Positions 1-10,020 of a stretch of DNA of 64,000 nt are shown here, piece by piece (position 1 is the first letter of the stretch; every line of letters begins with the position of its first letter). The position numbers and the translations under genes were made by a program. Where the stretch lies: NCBI GenBank assembly GCA_964202905.1, contig CAXNJO010000010.1:109159-173158 (forward strand), written 5' to 3'. The DNA is from Polyangiales bacterium (GTDB lineage: Bacteria; Myxococcota_A; Polyangia; Polyangiales; JADJQN01). The notes beneath the pieces are model-generated. The model was not told where the DNA came from. It worked only from the letters and a program-made list of their open reading frames with translations, and ran no database searches.

Positions 1-902
1 CGGCCGAGGTCGCGCCGCTCGACGCGCCGGTGCTCCTCGTGGGCGAGCCGGGCACCGAGCTCGAGCGCGTCGCGGCGGCGGTGCACGCGCAGAGCGGGCG
101 CGCGCGCGGGCCGTTCGTCGTCGCCGACTGCGGGGCCCTCCGGCCCGAGCGCAGCGAGGCGGCGCTCTTCGGCGAGGAGGCCACCGAGGACGGCGCGCAC
201 CCGGGCTGGCTGCGGCTCGCCGCGGGCGGGACGCTCTACCTCGCCGACGTGCCCGCCCTCTCGCGCGAGGCGCAGCGCGCGCTCGCGGAGGCGCTCGCGC
301 TGCGCTCGGCCCGCGCCATCGACGGCGGCAGCGCGTGGCCCGTCGACACCCGCCTCGTCGCGACCGCCCAGCGCCCGCTCGCGGAGCTCGTCGCCGCCGA
401 CGCCATCGACCCGGAGCTCGCGCAGTGGCTCGCGCCGCTCGCGCTCGAGGTCCCGCCGCTCCGCGCGCGCCGCGAGGATCTCCCCTCGCTCGTGCTGCTC
501 GCGCTCGACCGCGCAGCCCGCGCGCAGGGGCGCCCCGCGGTCGGGATCGATCCCGGGGCGCTCGACGCCCTCCGCGCGCACGACTTCCCCGGCAACCTGC
601 GCGAGCTCGCCTCCGTCATCGAGCGCGCCGTGCGCACCGCCCGCGGCCCGAAGGTCCTGCGCGAAGACCTCCCGCCCCTCGGCTCGGTCGCCCCCGGCGA
701 CCACCCGCTGAGCGGCTCTTACGAGACCGTCGAGCGCCGCCTCCTCGAGCACGCGCTGCTGCGCGCCGCGGGCAACAAGAGCGAGGCCGCGCGCCTGCTC
801 GCGCTCAAGCGCACGACCTTCCTCGACAAGCTGAAGCGCTACAAGCTCGACGACGGCGCGCGCGACACGGAGCCGCCCGCGCCGCCTGACGACGCCAATT
901 GA
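1..902 (+). CDS. Sigma54-interaction (NtrC-like AAA+) / Fis-HTH transcriptional regulator, 5'-truncated by the window, with degenerate ATPase motifs
   Basis: LLVGEPGTELE (Walker A-like), PFVVADCGAL, AAGGTLYLADV, VPPLRARREDLP, FPGNLRELASVIERA and a C-terminal GNKSEAARLLALKRTTFLDKLKRY helix-turn-helix. Confidence 0.85.
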   Translation, partial: AEVAPLDAPVLLVGEPGTELERVAAAVHAQSGRARGPFVVADCGALRPERSEAALFGEEATEDGAHPGWLRLAAGGTLYLADVPALSREAQRALAEALALRSARAIDGGSAWPVDTRLVATAQRPLAELVAADAIDPELAQWLAPLALEVPPLRARREDLPSLVLLALDRAARAQGRPAVGIDPGALDALRAHDFPGNLRELASVIERAVRTARGPKVLREDLPPLGSVAPGDHPLSGSYETVERRLLEHALLRAAGNKSEAARLLALKRTTFLDKLKRYKLDDGARDTEPPAPPDDAN

Positions 903-915
903 CGAACGAAATCAA

Positions 916-2385
916 CTACTTGTCGACTGCGCGACCAGCGCCTGTCGGCCGCTCCGGGAGCCCGGCGATGAGCGCCTCGCCGAGCGCCTCGGCGACGCGC
1001 CGGTAGCCGAGCCGCGTGAGGTGCACGCGGTCGCGCTGCGCGAGCGGCGGTCGCTGCGCGGCCCACGCGACGGTCGCGAGCGGCCCGCCCTGGAAGCGCA
1101 CCGTGTCGAAGAACGCGCAGCCCGCGGCGCGGGCGACGCGCCGCTGCGCCTCGGCGATCGCCGCCTGACGCGGGCGCTCGACCCAGCCCGCGCGCCGCAC
1201 GCGCCGCGGCCGATCCGTCGCCCCGACGAGCACGCACGAGGCGCCCGGCACCGTCACGCGGACGCGCCCGACGACCTCGCGCAGCGACGCCTCGTAGCGC
1301 GCGAGCGGCTCGCTGTCGCTCGCCTCGTTCGTGCCGTACGCGAGCACGACGAGGTCCGGGCGACGGCGCGCGAGCTGCTCGCGGAAGAGCGCATCGTCCC
1401 AGAGCCGCTGGTCCCCCGCGCGCGCGCCGTTGAGCCCGAGCGCGTCGAGCACGACGCCCGCCCGCTGCAGCTCGAGCACCGCGCCGAACACGCGCACCAC
1501 GCCGTCGCCGAGCGCCTCGACGCGCAGGCGGTGCGGGTCCGGGCCTTCGACCGGCAGCGGCACGTAGCGCGGCGCCCACTGCTCGGCCGCGAGCGACACC
1601 TCGCGCGGCGCGCCCTCGTCGAGCGTAACGCGCAGCGTGCCCCCGCCCGGCTGCGCCGCGGCCCAGAGTTCCAGCGCCCAAGCGGCCCCGGGCGGCGTCG
1701 TCGGCAGCGCGAGCTCGCCCCACGCGCCCTCGACCTCCGCGCCCTCGTCCGCCGCCGCGACGCCCGCGCCACGTTCCGCCGCCACGCCCCCGCTGTCGCG
1801 CGCCATCGCGGCGTCCGCTCGGGCCCCCCACTCGAGCGCGACACCCGCGTGCCCGTAGCGGTCCGCGCGGCGCTCGCGCGCGGTGACACGGAGCGCGCGC
1901 CAGCCGCTGCCACGCACCTCGCAGCCCGCGGCGCGGTACGTCGGGAAGGGGCGCGCAGGCAGCACGAAGCCCGGCCCCGCGTCGCCGAAACGCGACTGGA
2001 AGAACGCGCGCAGCGCACCCGGCAGCGGCTCGGCGGCCGTGTGCGAGTCGCCGTAGAGCACGATCCGCGCGGTGCCCGCGCCGCGCGCAGCGCGCTCCAG
2101 CGCCGCATGGAACGCCGCGAGCGTCGGGCCCTCCGCGCCCTCGAGCGGGGCCGCAGCCGGAGCCGCCGCCTCCGACGACCCGTCGCGCGGCGCAAGCCCG
2201 TCACCGCGCGGAGGCGCGTCACGCCCCACTGCGCCCGGCGCGCCGACGCCCGCGTCCTGCGCGCGCGCGACCCCGGCGCCGCCCGCGGGATGCGACGCGG
2301 CGAGCCCCCCCAGCAACCCCGCGAGCGCCCCGATCGACGCCGCGCGCCGCGCGACCGCCGCGCGGGGAGCGCGACGACTCACCAC
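916..2385 (-). CDS. Exported SGNH/GDSL hydrolase-family protein (possible peptidoglycan O-acetyltransferase/esterase, PatB/Ape-like)
   Basis: N-terminal signal-like segment; SGNH blocks YGDSHT, LGLNGAR, AYGTNE and DRVH. Confidence 0.8.
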   Translation of the reverse strand: MVSRRAPRAAVARRAASIGALAGLLGGLAASHPAGGAGVARAQDAGVGAPGAVGRDAPPRGDGLAPRDGSSEAAAPAAAPLEGAEGPTLAAFHAALERAARGAGTARIVLYGDSHTAAEPLPGALRAFFQSRFGDAGPGFVLPARPFPTYRAAGCEVRGSGWRALRVTARERRADRYGHAGVALEWGARADAAMARDSGGVAAERGAGVAAADEGAEVEGAWGELALPTTPPGAAWALELWAAAQPGGGTLRVTLDEGAPREVSLAAEQWAPRYVPLPVEGPDPHRLRVEALGDGVVRVFGAVLELQRAGVVLDALGLNGARAGDQRLWDDALFREQLARRRPDLVVLAYGTNEASDSEPLARYEASLREVVGRVRVTVPGASCVLVGATDRPRRVRRAGWVERPRQAAIAEAQRRVARAAGCAFFDTVRFQGGPLATVAWAAQRPPLAQRDRVHLTRLGYRRVAEALGEALIAGLPERPTGAGRAVDK

Positions 2386-3404
2386 TTCTTCTGGACGCTG
2401 CGCATGAACTCGTACGGATAGCCGAGCGGGAAGGTGCTCGCCTCGTCGAGCCGCGCGACCTGCGCGTCGTCGAGCACAAGCGCGTCACCGGCGAGGTTCT
2501 CGTCGAGCTGCGCGACCGTGCGCGCGCCGATGATCACGCTCGTCACCGCGGGCTTGCGCAGCAGCCACGCGAGCGAGACGGCGCTCGGCGTCGATCCGAG
2601 CTCCTTCGCGACGGCCTCGACGGTGTCGAGGATCCCCCAGTTGCGCGCGTTGTCGAAGGCCGCGAGGCGCTCCCGCCACTTCGCGAGGCGCGAGCCCTCG
2701 CCCGGCGCCTCACCGCGCTTGTACTTGCCCGAGAGAAAGCCGCTCGCGAGCGGCGACCACGGCAGGATGCCGAGCCCGAACTTCTGCGAGAGCGGGACGT
2801 GCTCGCGCTCGAGCTCGCGGTGCACGAGGCTGTACTGCGCCTGCAGCGCGACGAAGGACTCGAGGTGCTGCGAGCGGCTCGTCCAGAGGCTGTCGACGAG
2901 GCGGTACGCGGCGTAGTTCGAGCAGCCGAGGTAGAGCACCTTGCCGCTGCGCACGAGGTCGTCGAGCGCGCGCAGCGTCTCCTCCTCGGGCGTGTCGAGG
3001 TCCTGCATGTGGATCTGGTAGAGGTCGATGCGGTCGGTGCCGAGCCGGCGCAGCGAGTCCTCCGCGGCGCGCACGATCCGGTAGCGCGAGGCGCCCGTGC
3101 CGTTCGGCCCCGGCGACATGCGGAAGCGGAATTTCGTCGCGATCACCGTGCGATCGCGGCTGCCGCGCGACGCCATCCAGCGGCCGACGACGCGCTCGCT
3201 GAGCCCGTCGTTGCCGTAGACGTCGGCCGTGTCGAGGAAGTTGACGCCCGCCTCCGCGGCGCGGTCCATCATCGCGAACGCCGTCTCCTCCGACGCGCCG
3301 AGGCCGTGCATGAAGGAGTTCTCGTCGGGCTCGCCGAACGTCATCGCGCCGAGGCAGATCGACGAGACCTGGAGACCGGAGCGGCCGAGGTTGCGGTAGT
3401 GCAT
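2379..3404 (-). CDS. Aldo/keto reductase
   Basis: Starts MHYRNLGRSGLQVSSICLGAMTFG (ATG at 3404); motifs DTADVYG, SLRRLGTDRIDLYQIH, WSPLASGFLSGKY, IIGARTVAQL. Confidence 0.95.
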   Translation of the reverse strand: MHYRNLGRSGLQVSSICLGAMTFGEPDENSFMHGLGASEETAFAMMDRAAEAGVNFLDTADVYGNDGLSERVVGRWMASRGSRDRTVIATKFRFRMSPGPNGTGASRYRIVRAAEDSLRRLGTDRIDLYQIHMQDLDTPEEETLRALDDLVRSGKVLYLGCSNYAAYRLVDSLWTSRSQHLESFVALQAQYSLVHRELEREHVPLSQKFGLGILPWSPLASGFLSGKYKRGEAPGEGSRLAKWRERLAAFDNARNWGILDTVEAVAKELGSTPSAVSLAWLLRKPAVTSVIIGARTVAQLDENLAGDALVLDDAQVARLDEASTFPLGYPYEFMRSVQKKW

Positions 3405-3548
3405 GGCGGCGGAGGGTACACGATCGCGTGCGCGGGGCGCCGCGCGGGTCGAGCGCGCGGGGCCCACGCCGGCACGCATCGGGGAGAACGCCGCGGGGCA
3501 GTCGGTGCGGGGCTGTCCCGGCGGGGACGGCCGCACTACGTCCCGCGC

Positions 3549-4235
3549 ATGGCCCCCTCGTTCGCCGTCTTCGCGCGCGTCCTCCGCACCCTCACGCAGC
3601 AGGGCGGCACCGCGCGCCGGCGGCGCTCCCCCGCGCTGCTCTCGCTCGGCGTCGCCGCGCTCGCCGCGTGCGCCGGCCCGGAGCGGCCGACGACGGGGAC
3701 GCTGGCGCCCCGCGCGCCGGACACCTCGGCGACCAACACGACGACGACCCTCTCACGAGATGGCAACCATGCCGCTGAGAACGCCGCCCCCTGCGCCGAC
3801 CCCGCGCGCTGCGCGCTCCCGCCGGCGCCGGATGCGCCGCCGACCGAGGCCGAGCGCGCGGGCGCGACGAACCTCGACGGCGCGCCCCTCGCCGTCTGCT
3901 CGGAGGCGCCGCTCACCGGCTACTACCGCGACGGACGCTGCGCGACGGGCCCGGACGATCGCGGCGTGCACGTCGTGTGCGCGCAGGTGACGCGCGCGTT
4001 CCTCGACTTCTCGCGCGGGCGCGGCAACGACCTCGTCACCCCGATCCCCGGCCGCTTCCCGGGCCTGCGCCCCGGCGACCGCTGGTGCCTCTGCGCCGCG
4101 CGCTGGGAGGAGGCGCGCCTCGGCGGCGCCGCGCCCCCCATCGTGCGCGAGGCGACCGAGCGCCGCGCCCTCGACTTCACCTCACGCGCCGCGCTCGACG
4201 CCCACGCGCTCGGGGGCTCGGCCCCGCCCCGCTGA
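3549..4235 (+). CDS. DUF2237-family protein with an N-terminal lipoprotein-like extension
   Basis: NLDGAPLAVCS..PLTGYYRDGRC.TGPDDRGVHVVCA..T..FLDFS..RGNDLVTP..FPGLRPGDRWCLCAARW; upstream LLSLGVAALAAC lipobox; start approximate. Confidence 0.85.
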   Translation: MAPSFAVFARVLRTLTQQGGTARRRRSPALLSLGVAALAACAGPERPTTGTLAPRAPDTSATNTTTTLSRDGNHAAENAAPCADPARCALPPAPDAPPTEAERAGATNLDGAPLAVCSEAPLTGYYRDGRCATGPDDRGVHVVCAQVTRAFLDFSRGRGNDLVTPIPGRFPGLRPGDRWCLCAARWEEARLGGAAPPIVREATERRALDFTSRAALDAHALGGSAPPR

Positions 4236-4262
4236 CGGCGCCGCGCGGGGGCCCGCGCCGCG

Positions 4263-5768
4263 TCAGAGCAGGCGCAGCGCGGCCCCGCTCGGGTCGCTCG
4301 CGCCGGGCGCCGCGTCGTCCACGCGGAACGTCGTGAGCGTGTTCTGCCCGCGCGCGGCGTCCCACACGCCGTCGTTCGCGAGCCGGATGGAGAACTCGGG
4401 CCGCGCCGCGAGGGCCTCGTCGCTCGACGGCAGCAGAAGCGAGAGGGTGTACGCGCCCTCCGCAAGCCCCCCCGGCAGCGCGAGACGCACGTCGACCGTG
4501 TGCAGGCCCGGGAGCCAGGCGCGGACCTCGATCGGGAGCGTGACGCGCGCGCGTCCGCCCGGCCCCTCGACCACGAGGACCGCCGGGCGCGGGTTGAAGG
4601 GCGCGGCGAAGCCCTCGTTCCGCAGCGCGAGGCGCACGCGGAACGAGCCGCCCGGGCGCACCGCCTCGGGGAGCTCGCCCCCCGTCAGCACGAGTCGGTA
4701 GCCGAGCCGCCGCTCGATCTCGCCGAGGCAGCCGCCGCTCTCCCAGCCCGCGACGACGTCGGGGTGGTAGTCGCGGTTGACGAACGAGAAGTGCATCGCC
4801 TCGAGCTCGGCGATCGCGGGCGCACACGCGGAGCGCGCTGGGAAGGGCGCGCACGTCTCGCCGCCCGCCGGGCTGTAGGCGGTGTGCGCGCTCGCGAAGG
4901 CACGCCACCGCGCGATCTCCGCGTCGGGGTACGTGCCGAAGTCCGTCTCGCTCGCGACGAAGCAGTCGTTGTGGAAGCCGATCCGCGCCTCGAAGGAACC
5001 CGAGAAGGCGCGGCTTGCGTCGAGTGGCGCCCCGCCGATCAGCGCGGCGAGGTGCGGGGGGTAGCGCACCTGCGTAGAGCGGCTGCTCGGCAACGCCGCG
5101 AGCAGCGCCTCGACGACGGCGCGACGCGCATCGGGGTCGCGGTCGAGCCCGTTCGTCGAGGTGTGCCACTCGCCCCACGCGCCGATGAACCCCGCCTGCA
5201 CCAGCGCGATCACGTCGGCGTTCGCGCGGAGGATCGGCGCCACCTGCGCGAGGTGGCCCTCGATCCGCGCGAGCGGCGCGTCGGGCTCGCTGTCGGGATA
5301 CGGCCCTTCGTTGTAGGCAAAGCGCAGGATCACCTCGAAGCCGTCCGCGCGCGCGACGCCGAGCGCGCGCTCGAGGGCCGCGAGCGTGGCGGCGTCGATG
5401 TCGCGGTCTCGGAAGGCGTCGAGGCGTACGTACGAATACACGAGCGAGTCGGCCGGGTGCTCGCTGCGCAGCCACGAGAGGTCCGACTCCGCGAGCAGAT
5501 TCGCCGCGCGGTAGAAGCCGCGCTCGGGGTTCGGGAAGAGCGCGTCGCTGCGGGTGAAGGCGATCGGGCGGCCGGGCGCGTCGACCGACGCGGCGTCCAC
5601 GAGCGAGCCGTCGAACGGCGCGGCGTCCGCGGGCGCGGCGTCGAGGGGCGCGGCGTCCGCGAGCGCGGCGTCCACGAGCGCGGCGTCGGGGCCGCCATCC
5701 TCAGGCCCCGACGTGCCACCGCAGCCGAGGAGCGCGAGGAGACCGACGAGCGAGAGCGGGCGGCGCAT
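4263..5768 (-). CDS. DUF4874/DUF4832-domain lipoprotein (putative glycoside-hydrolase-like TIM barrel)
   Basis: LLALLGC lipobox; DAA linker repeats; FPNPERGFY, VILRFAY, QAGFIGAWGEWH, GFHNDCF, GGETC, RRLGYRL. Confidence 0.8.
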   Translation of the reverse strand: MRRPLSLVGLLALLGCGGTSGPEDGGPDAALVDAALADAAPLDAAPADAAPFDGSLVDAASVDAPGRPIAFTRSDALFPNPERGFYRAANLLAESDLSWLRSEHPADSLVYSYVRLDAFRDRDIDAATLAALERALGVARADGFEVILRFAYNEGPYPDSEPDAPLARIEGHLAQVAPILRANADVIALVQAGFIGAWGEWHTSTNGLDRDPDARRAVVEALLAALPSSRSTQVRYPPHLAALIGGAPLDASRAFSGSFEARIGFHNDCFVASETDFGTYPDAEIARWRAFASAHTAYSPAGGETCAPFPARSACAPAIAELEAMHFSFVNRDYHPDVVAGWESGGCLGEIERRLGYRLVLTGGELPEAVRPGGSFRVRLALRNEGFAAPFNPRPAVLVVEGPGGRARVTLPIEVRAWLPGLHTVDVRLALPGGLAEGAYTLSLLLPSSDEALAARPEFSIRLANDGVWDAARGQNTLTTFRVDDAAPGASDPSGAALRLL

Positions 5769-5863
5769 CGCGCGAGGGTCGCACACCCCGCGCGCGCCCG
5801 GAGAAACACCGCGCGGCGGCGCATGGCGCGGGCGTGGCGCGCCCCGTACCCTCGGCCGCTCTC

Positions 5864-7484
5864 ATGACCCGACGCCGCGATGCGAGTTTCGATCTCCGCG
5901 ACGCCGTCCGCGATCGCGGCTTCACGCCGCGCGGCGCCGATCGCGAGGCGCTCCTCGCGCTCGTCGCGGCCGACGACGACGACGCGGACCACGCCGAGCG
6001 CACGCTCGCGCTCCTCGGCCCCGACGCCGGCCACGCCGCGCTCGCCGCGGCCGCGTCGCACACGGGCCAGGCGCGCGGCACGCTCGTGCGCGCCGCCGGG
6101 CGGCTCGCGACGGGCGACGCGGGCGAGCGCTGCGCGCGCCCATCGCCGGCTTCCTCGGGGACGACGACGCCCGCGTCCGCCGCGCCGCCGCGCGCGCCCT
6201 CGGCGCAACGGGCGACACGCGCTTCGCCGCCCCCTGCTCGAGCGCGCACGCGCGGGCGGCGCGGACGTCGCCGAGCAGAAGGTGCTGCTCGCCGCGCTCG
6301 GCAAGCTCGGCGATCCCGGCGCGCTCGAGACGGTCGCGCGCGTCGCGCAGGGAACGAACGACGCGCTGCTCCGCCGCGTCGCCGAGGAGGCCACGCTGCG
6401 CCTCGCGCGCGACGCGGTGCGCAGCGGCGGCGAGAACGCCATCGACCCGGATGCGCGCCTGCCGCGTGACACCGTCGTGCTCCTCGGCTGCCGCGACGGC
6501 CTCGAGGACGTGCTCGTCGAGGAGGCGCAGTCGCTGCTCGACGCACGGCGCGCAGGCGCAGGCGGCGCGCGCGGGACGCTCCGCGCAGGCGCCACGCTCG
6601 GCGCGCTCCGCACCCTGCGCACGGCCGCGCGCGTCGAGCTGCTCGGCGGCGAGGCGCCGGTGCGCGACGGCGACGTCGCGGCGGCGGCCGCCCTCGCGCT
6701 CGCCGCGAAGCCGTGCGCCGCGCTCCTCGCCGCGGTCACGCTCGGCCCGATCCGCTACCGGCTCGCGTGGCCGGGCGGCGCACACCGGCGCGCCGACACG
6801 CTGCGCGTCGCGCTCGAGGCCGCGCGGCTGCGACCGGAGCTGGTCAACGACCCGCGCGACGCCCCGTGGGAGGCCCGCGTGGAGCCGGACCCGCGCGCGG
6901 GCTGCGTGCGCATCTGGCTCACGCCGCGCGCGCTGCCCGACGCGCGCTTCGACTACCTCGAGACGCGCGCCGAGGGCGCCTCGCACCCCACGGTCGCCGC
7001 GGCGCTCGCGCGGCTCGGCGGCGTCCGCGCCGACGACGTCGTGTGGGACCCCTTCTGCGGCGCGGGCACCGAGCTCGTCGAGCGCGCCCGGCTCGGCCCG
7101 TACGCGCGCCTCTTCGGCACGGACCTCGACGCCGACGTCGCCGCCCTCGGCGCCGCGACGCTCGTCCGCGCGCGGCTCCCCCACGCGCGCGTCACCCACG
7201 GCGACGCGCTCCTCGTCACGCCGCGCCCCGCGCCGACGCTCGTGCTCACCAACCCGCCGCTCGGCCGCCGCGTCGGGCGGCAGGCCGATCCGGGCGCGCT
7301 GCTCTCGCACCTCGCCGCGCGGCTCCCCGCCGTGCTCGCGCCGGGCGCCCGCGTCGTGTGGCTCTCGCCGCAGCCCGACCGCACCGCGCGCGCGCTCGTC
7401 GCGGCGGGCTTCCGCGTGACGGACGGCACGCGCGTCGATCTCGGCGGGCTCGTGGCCGAGCGACAGATCGCGTTTCTCGAATAG
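5864..7484 (+). CDS. HEAT-repeat + RlmL/UPF0020-like SAM-dependent methyltransferase, interrupted by two apparent frameshifts (~6135, ~6232)
   Basis: Consecutive frames give MTRRRDASFDLRD..., then FLGDDDARVRRAAARALG (HEAT), then ALGKLGDPGAL...WDPFCGAGTELVE...VLTNPPLGRR. Confidence 0.7.
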
Positions 7485-7532
7485 TTCCGGTACGTTTCAG
7501 ACCTCTTACCGCCCCACCCGACCGAGCCGTCC

Positions 7533-8360
7533 ATGCCCTCGACCACCATGTCGTCGACCACCACGCCTTCCGCCGCGCGCCTCCTCGCCCTCCTCGCCCT
7601 GCTCGCCGCCGCGTGCAGCGACGACGAAGGCACCGTCCCGCCCGCGGACGCCGGCCCCGCCGACGCCGCACCGGCCGACGCCGGGTCACCCGACGCGGGC
7701 GCGCCGCTCTGCGAGGCGACGACCGTGCCCTGCGTCGACGAGTCGATCGCGCTGCTCGACCTCTTCGACACCGTGAACGCGGCCGAGATCCGCGAGGAAG
7801 GCACGACGCCCGGCGAGTTCACGACCTTCGTCGACGCGACCGCCGGCGGCATGATGCCGACGACGTCGTTCGTCTACGCGCGCTTCACGGACACGGGCCT
7901 CGTCGGCGCGGCGCTCTCGGACGAGGACGCGCTCCTCTCGACCGATTGGGACATCGCCTTCCGCCGCTACGTGCTGCGCGTGAACTCGGGCGTCGGCGGC
8001 CCCTCGTGCGTGCAGGCCGCGCGCACCGCGCCGGGCACCACCTTCGAAGGGCTCACCGCCGTGCCCGACGGCGTCGCGTACCGCACGGAGTCGTACCTCA
8101 CGGAGACCTGCGAGATCGTCCCCGACGGCAACGGGCTCGGCTCGCCGGCGACCGCGCTCTCGAGCTTCTGGTCGTACCCCGGCTGCGTCGCGATGACCGG
8201 GAACGTCTACGTCCTCGCGCTGCGCGGCGGCCGCCACGTGAAGCTCGAGGTGGTCGGCTACTACGCGCCCGCGAACCAGGCGAGCTGCGACTCGGGCGGC
8301 AGCGTCACGCTTCCGAGCGGTTCGGGCAGCATCCGCGTCCGCTGGTCGTTCCTGGACTGA
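7533..8360 (+). CDS. HmuY-family (heme-binding) lipoprotein
   Basis: LLAAAC lipobox; TDWDIAFRRYVLRVNSG and GNVYVLALRGGRHVKLEVVGYY...RWSFL, typical of HmuY. Confidence 0.75.
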   Translation: MPSTTMSSTTTPSAARLLALLALLAAACSDDEGTVPPADAGPADAAPADAGSPDAGAPLCEATTVPCVDESIALLDLFDTVNAAEIREEGTTPGEFTTFVDATAGGMMPTTSFVYARFTDTGLVGAALSDEDALLSTDWDIAFRRYVLRVNSGVGGPSCVQAARTAPGTTFEGLTAVPDGVAYRTESYLTETCEIVPDGNGLGSPATALSSFWSYPGCVAMTGNVYVLALRGGRHVKLEVVGYYAPANQASCDSGGSVTLPSGSGSIRVRWSFLD

Positions 8361-8368
8361 GGGTGCCG

Positions 8369-10020
8369 ATGTTGGCGCACGACGCCTTCGCCTCGTCACG
8401 CGCGCTCGCGCTCGCCGCGGGCGTCGGCGCCCTGTGCCTCGCACCGCGCCCCGGCGCGCACGCCCAGGCCACCGCGCCCACGCGCGACGCCGCCGCAGAC
8501 GCCATCACGGACGCCGTCACGGACGCAGACGCCGTGACGCGCGCCCCGCGCGACGAAGGCGCCGCGATCGCGCGCTACGTGGATCGGGGTCGCATCGTCC
8601 GGGCGCGCAGGCTCGGCCGCGCGGCGAGCGGGCGGGAGCGCGTCGCGCTCGACGACGGGCAGCGACGCTACGAGGCGGAGCTCGGCGCGCACGCCGTCGT
8701 CACGCTCGCCGCGGGCGCGACGGACGCCAACCTCGCCGCGCTCGGCGTCGCCATCGAGCGGCCGCTGATGCCGCGCGCCCGGCTCGCGCTGCTCCGCTCC
8801 CTCCGCGGCGAGGACGCGCTCGCGCTCGCCGCGCGCCTCGCGACGGCCCCGCGCGCGCTCGTCGAGACGGCAGCGCCGGATCTCTGGCTGCCGCACGTGC
8901 ACCACTTCACGCTGCCGCCCGACGACCCGCGCTACGGCGGCCAGTGGTACCTCGACACGCTCGGGATCGAGGGCGCGTGGGCCCGCGCGACGGGCGACGC
9001 CGCGACGACCATCGCCATCGTGGATGATGGCTGTGATCTCGAGCACCCCGACCTCGCGCCGCACCTGCTCCCGGGCTTCGACGCGCTCGACGGCGACGAC
9101 GTGCCCGCGCACACGCCCGGCGTGCCCGGCAACGCCCACGGGACGGCCTGCGCGGGGCTCGTCGCGGCGGTCGGCGACAACGGCGAGGGCATCGTCGGCG
9201 CGTGCCCCGAGTGCACGCTGCGCTGCGTGCGGCTCCTGCCCGCGTCGGGCGGGCTCGTGCCCGTCTCCGCGGACGTCGCGGCCTTCGACGCCATCCTCCG
9301 CGCGGGCGTCGCCGTCGCGTCGAACAGCTGGGGCTTCGCCTCCGGCGTGCCCGCGCCCGGCCCGCTCGTCACGGCCATCGAGACGACGCTGCGCGACGGC
9401 CGCGGCGGCCTCGGCACCGTCGTCGTCTTCGCCGCGGGCAACGACGACGCCCCGATCGGCGCCGACGAGGTGCAGGCCACGCCCGGCGTGATCTGCGTCG
9501 GCGCGATCAACCAGTTCGACGAGGCCGCGGCCTTCTCGAACCGCGGCCCGGCCGTCTCGCTCGTCGCGCCGACCGGCACGCTCACGACCGACGTGCGGGG
9601 CGCCGATGGCGACGACCCGAGCGACTACACCGCGCGCTTCGGCGGCACCTCCTCGGCGTGCCCGCTCGTGGCCGGCGTCGCCGCGCTGCTCGCCTCCGCG
9701 CGCCCCGACGCGCCCGCCGCGGCGATCCGCGACGCGCTCCTCGCCTCCACGCGCCCCGCGCCCTTCGCGACGCCCGACGCGACCGGCCACGACCCGCTCT
9801 ACGGGCAGGGCATCCTCGACCCCACGGCCGCCCTCGCCCGCTGGCTCCCCGAGCCCGTCGACGCCGGGCCACCGCCGGCAGCGCCCGCCCCGCCCGCCAC
9901 CGCAGGCTGCGCGTGCCGCGTCGCGCCGAGCCGGGACACGGACGACACCGCCCCCGCCGCGCTCGCCACCGCGCTCCTCGCGCTCGGCCTCGCCGCGCGG
10001 CGCCGCGTGCGACGTCGCCC
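8369..10020 (+). CDS. S8 subtilisin-like serine protease with MYXO-CTERM-like tail; 3' end unclear (no stop seen before the next domain)
   Basis: Catalytic triad motifs IAIVDDGCD, HGTACAG, FGGTSSACPLVAG; FAAGND oxyanion Asn; tail GCACRVA...ALLALGLAARRR. Confidence 0.9.
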
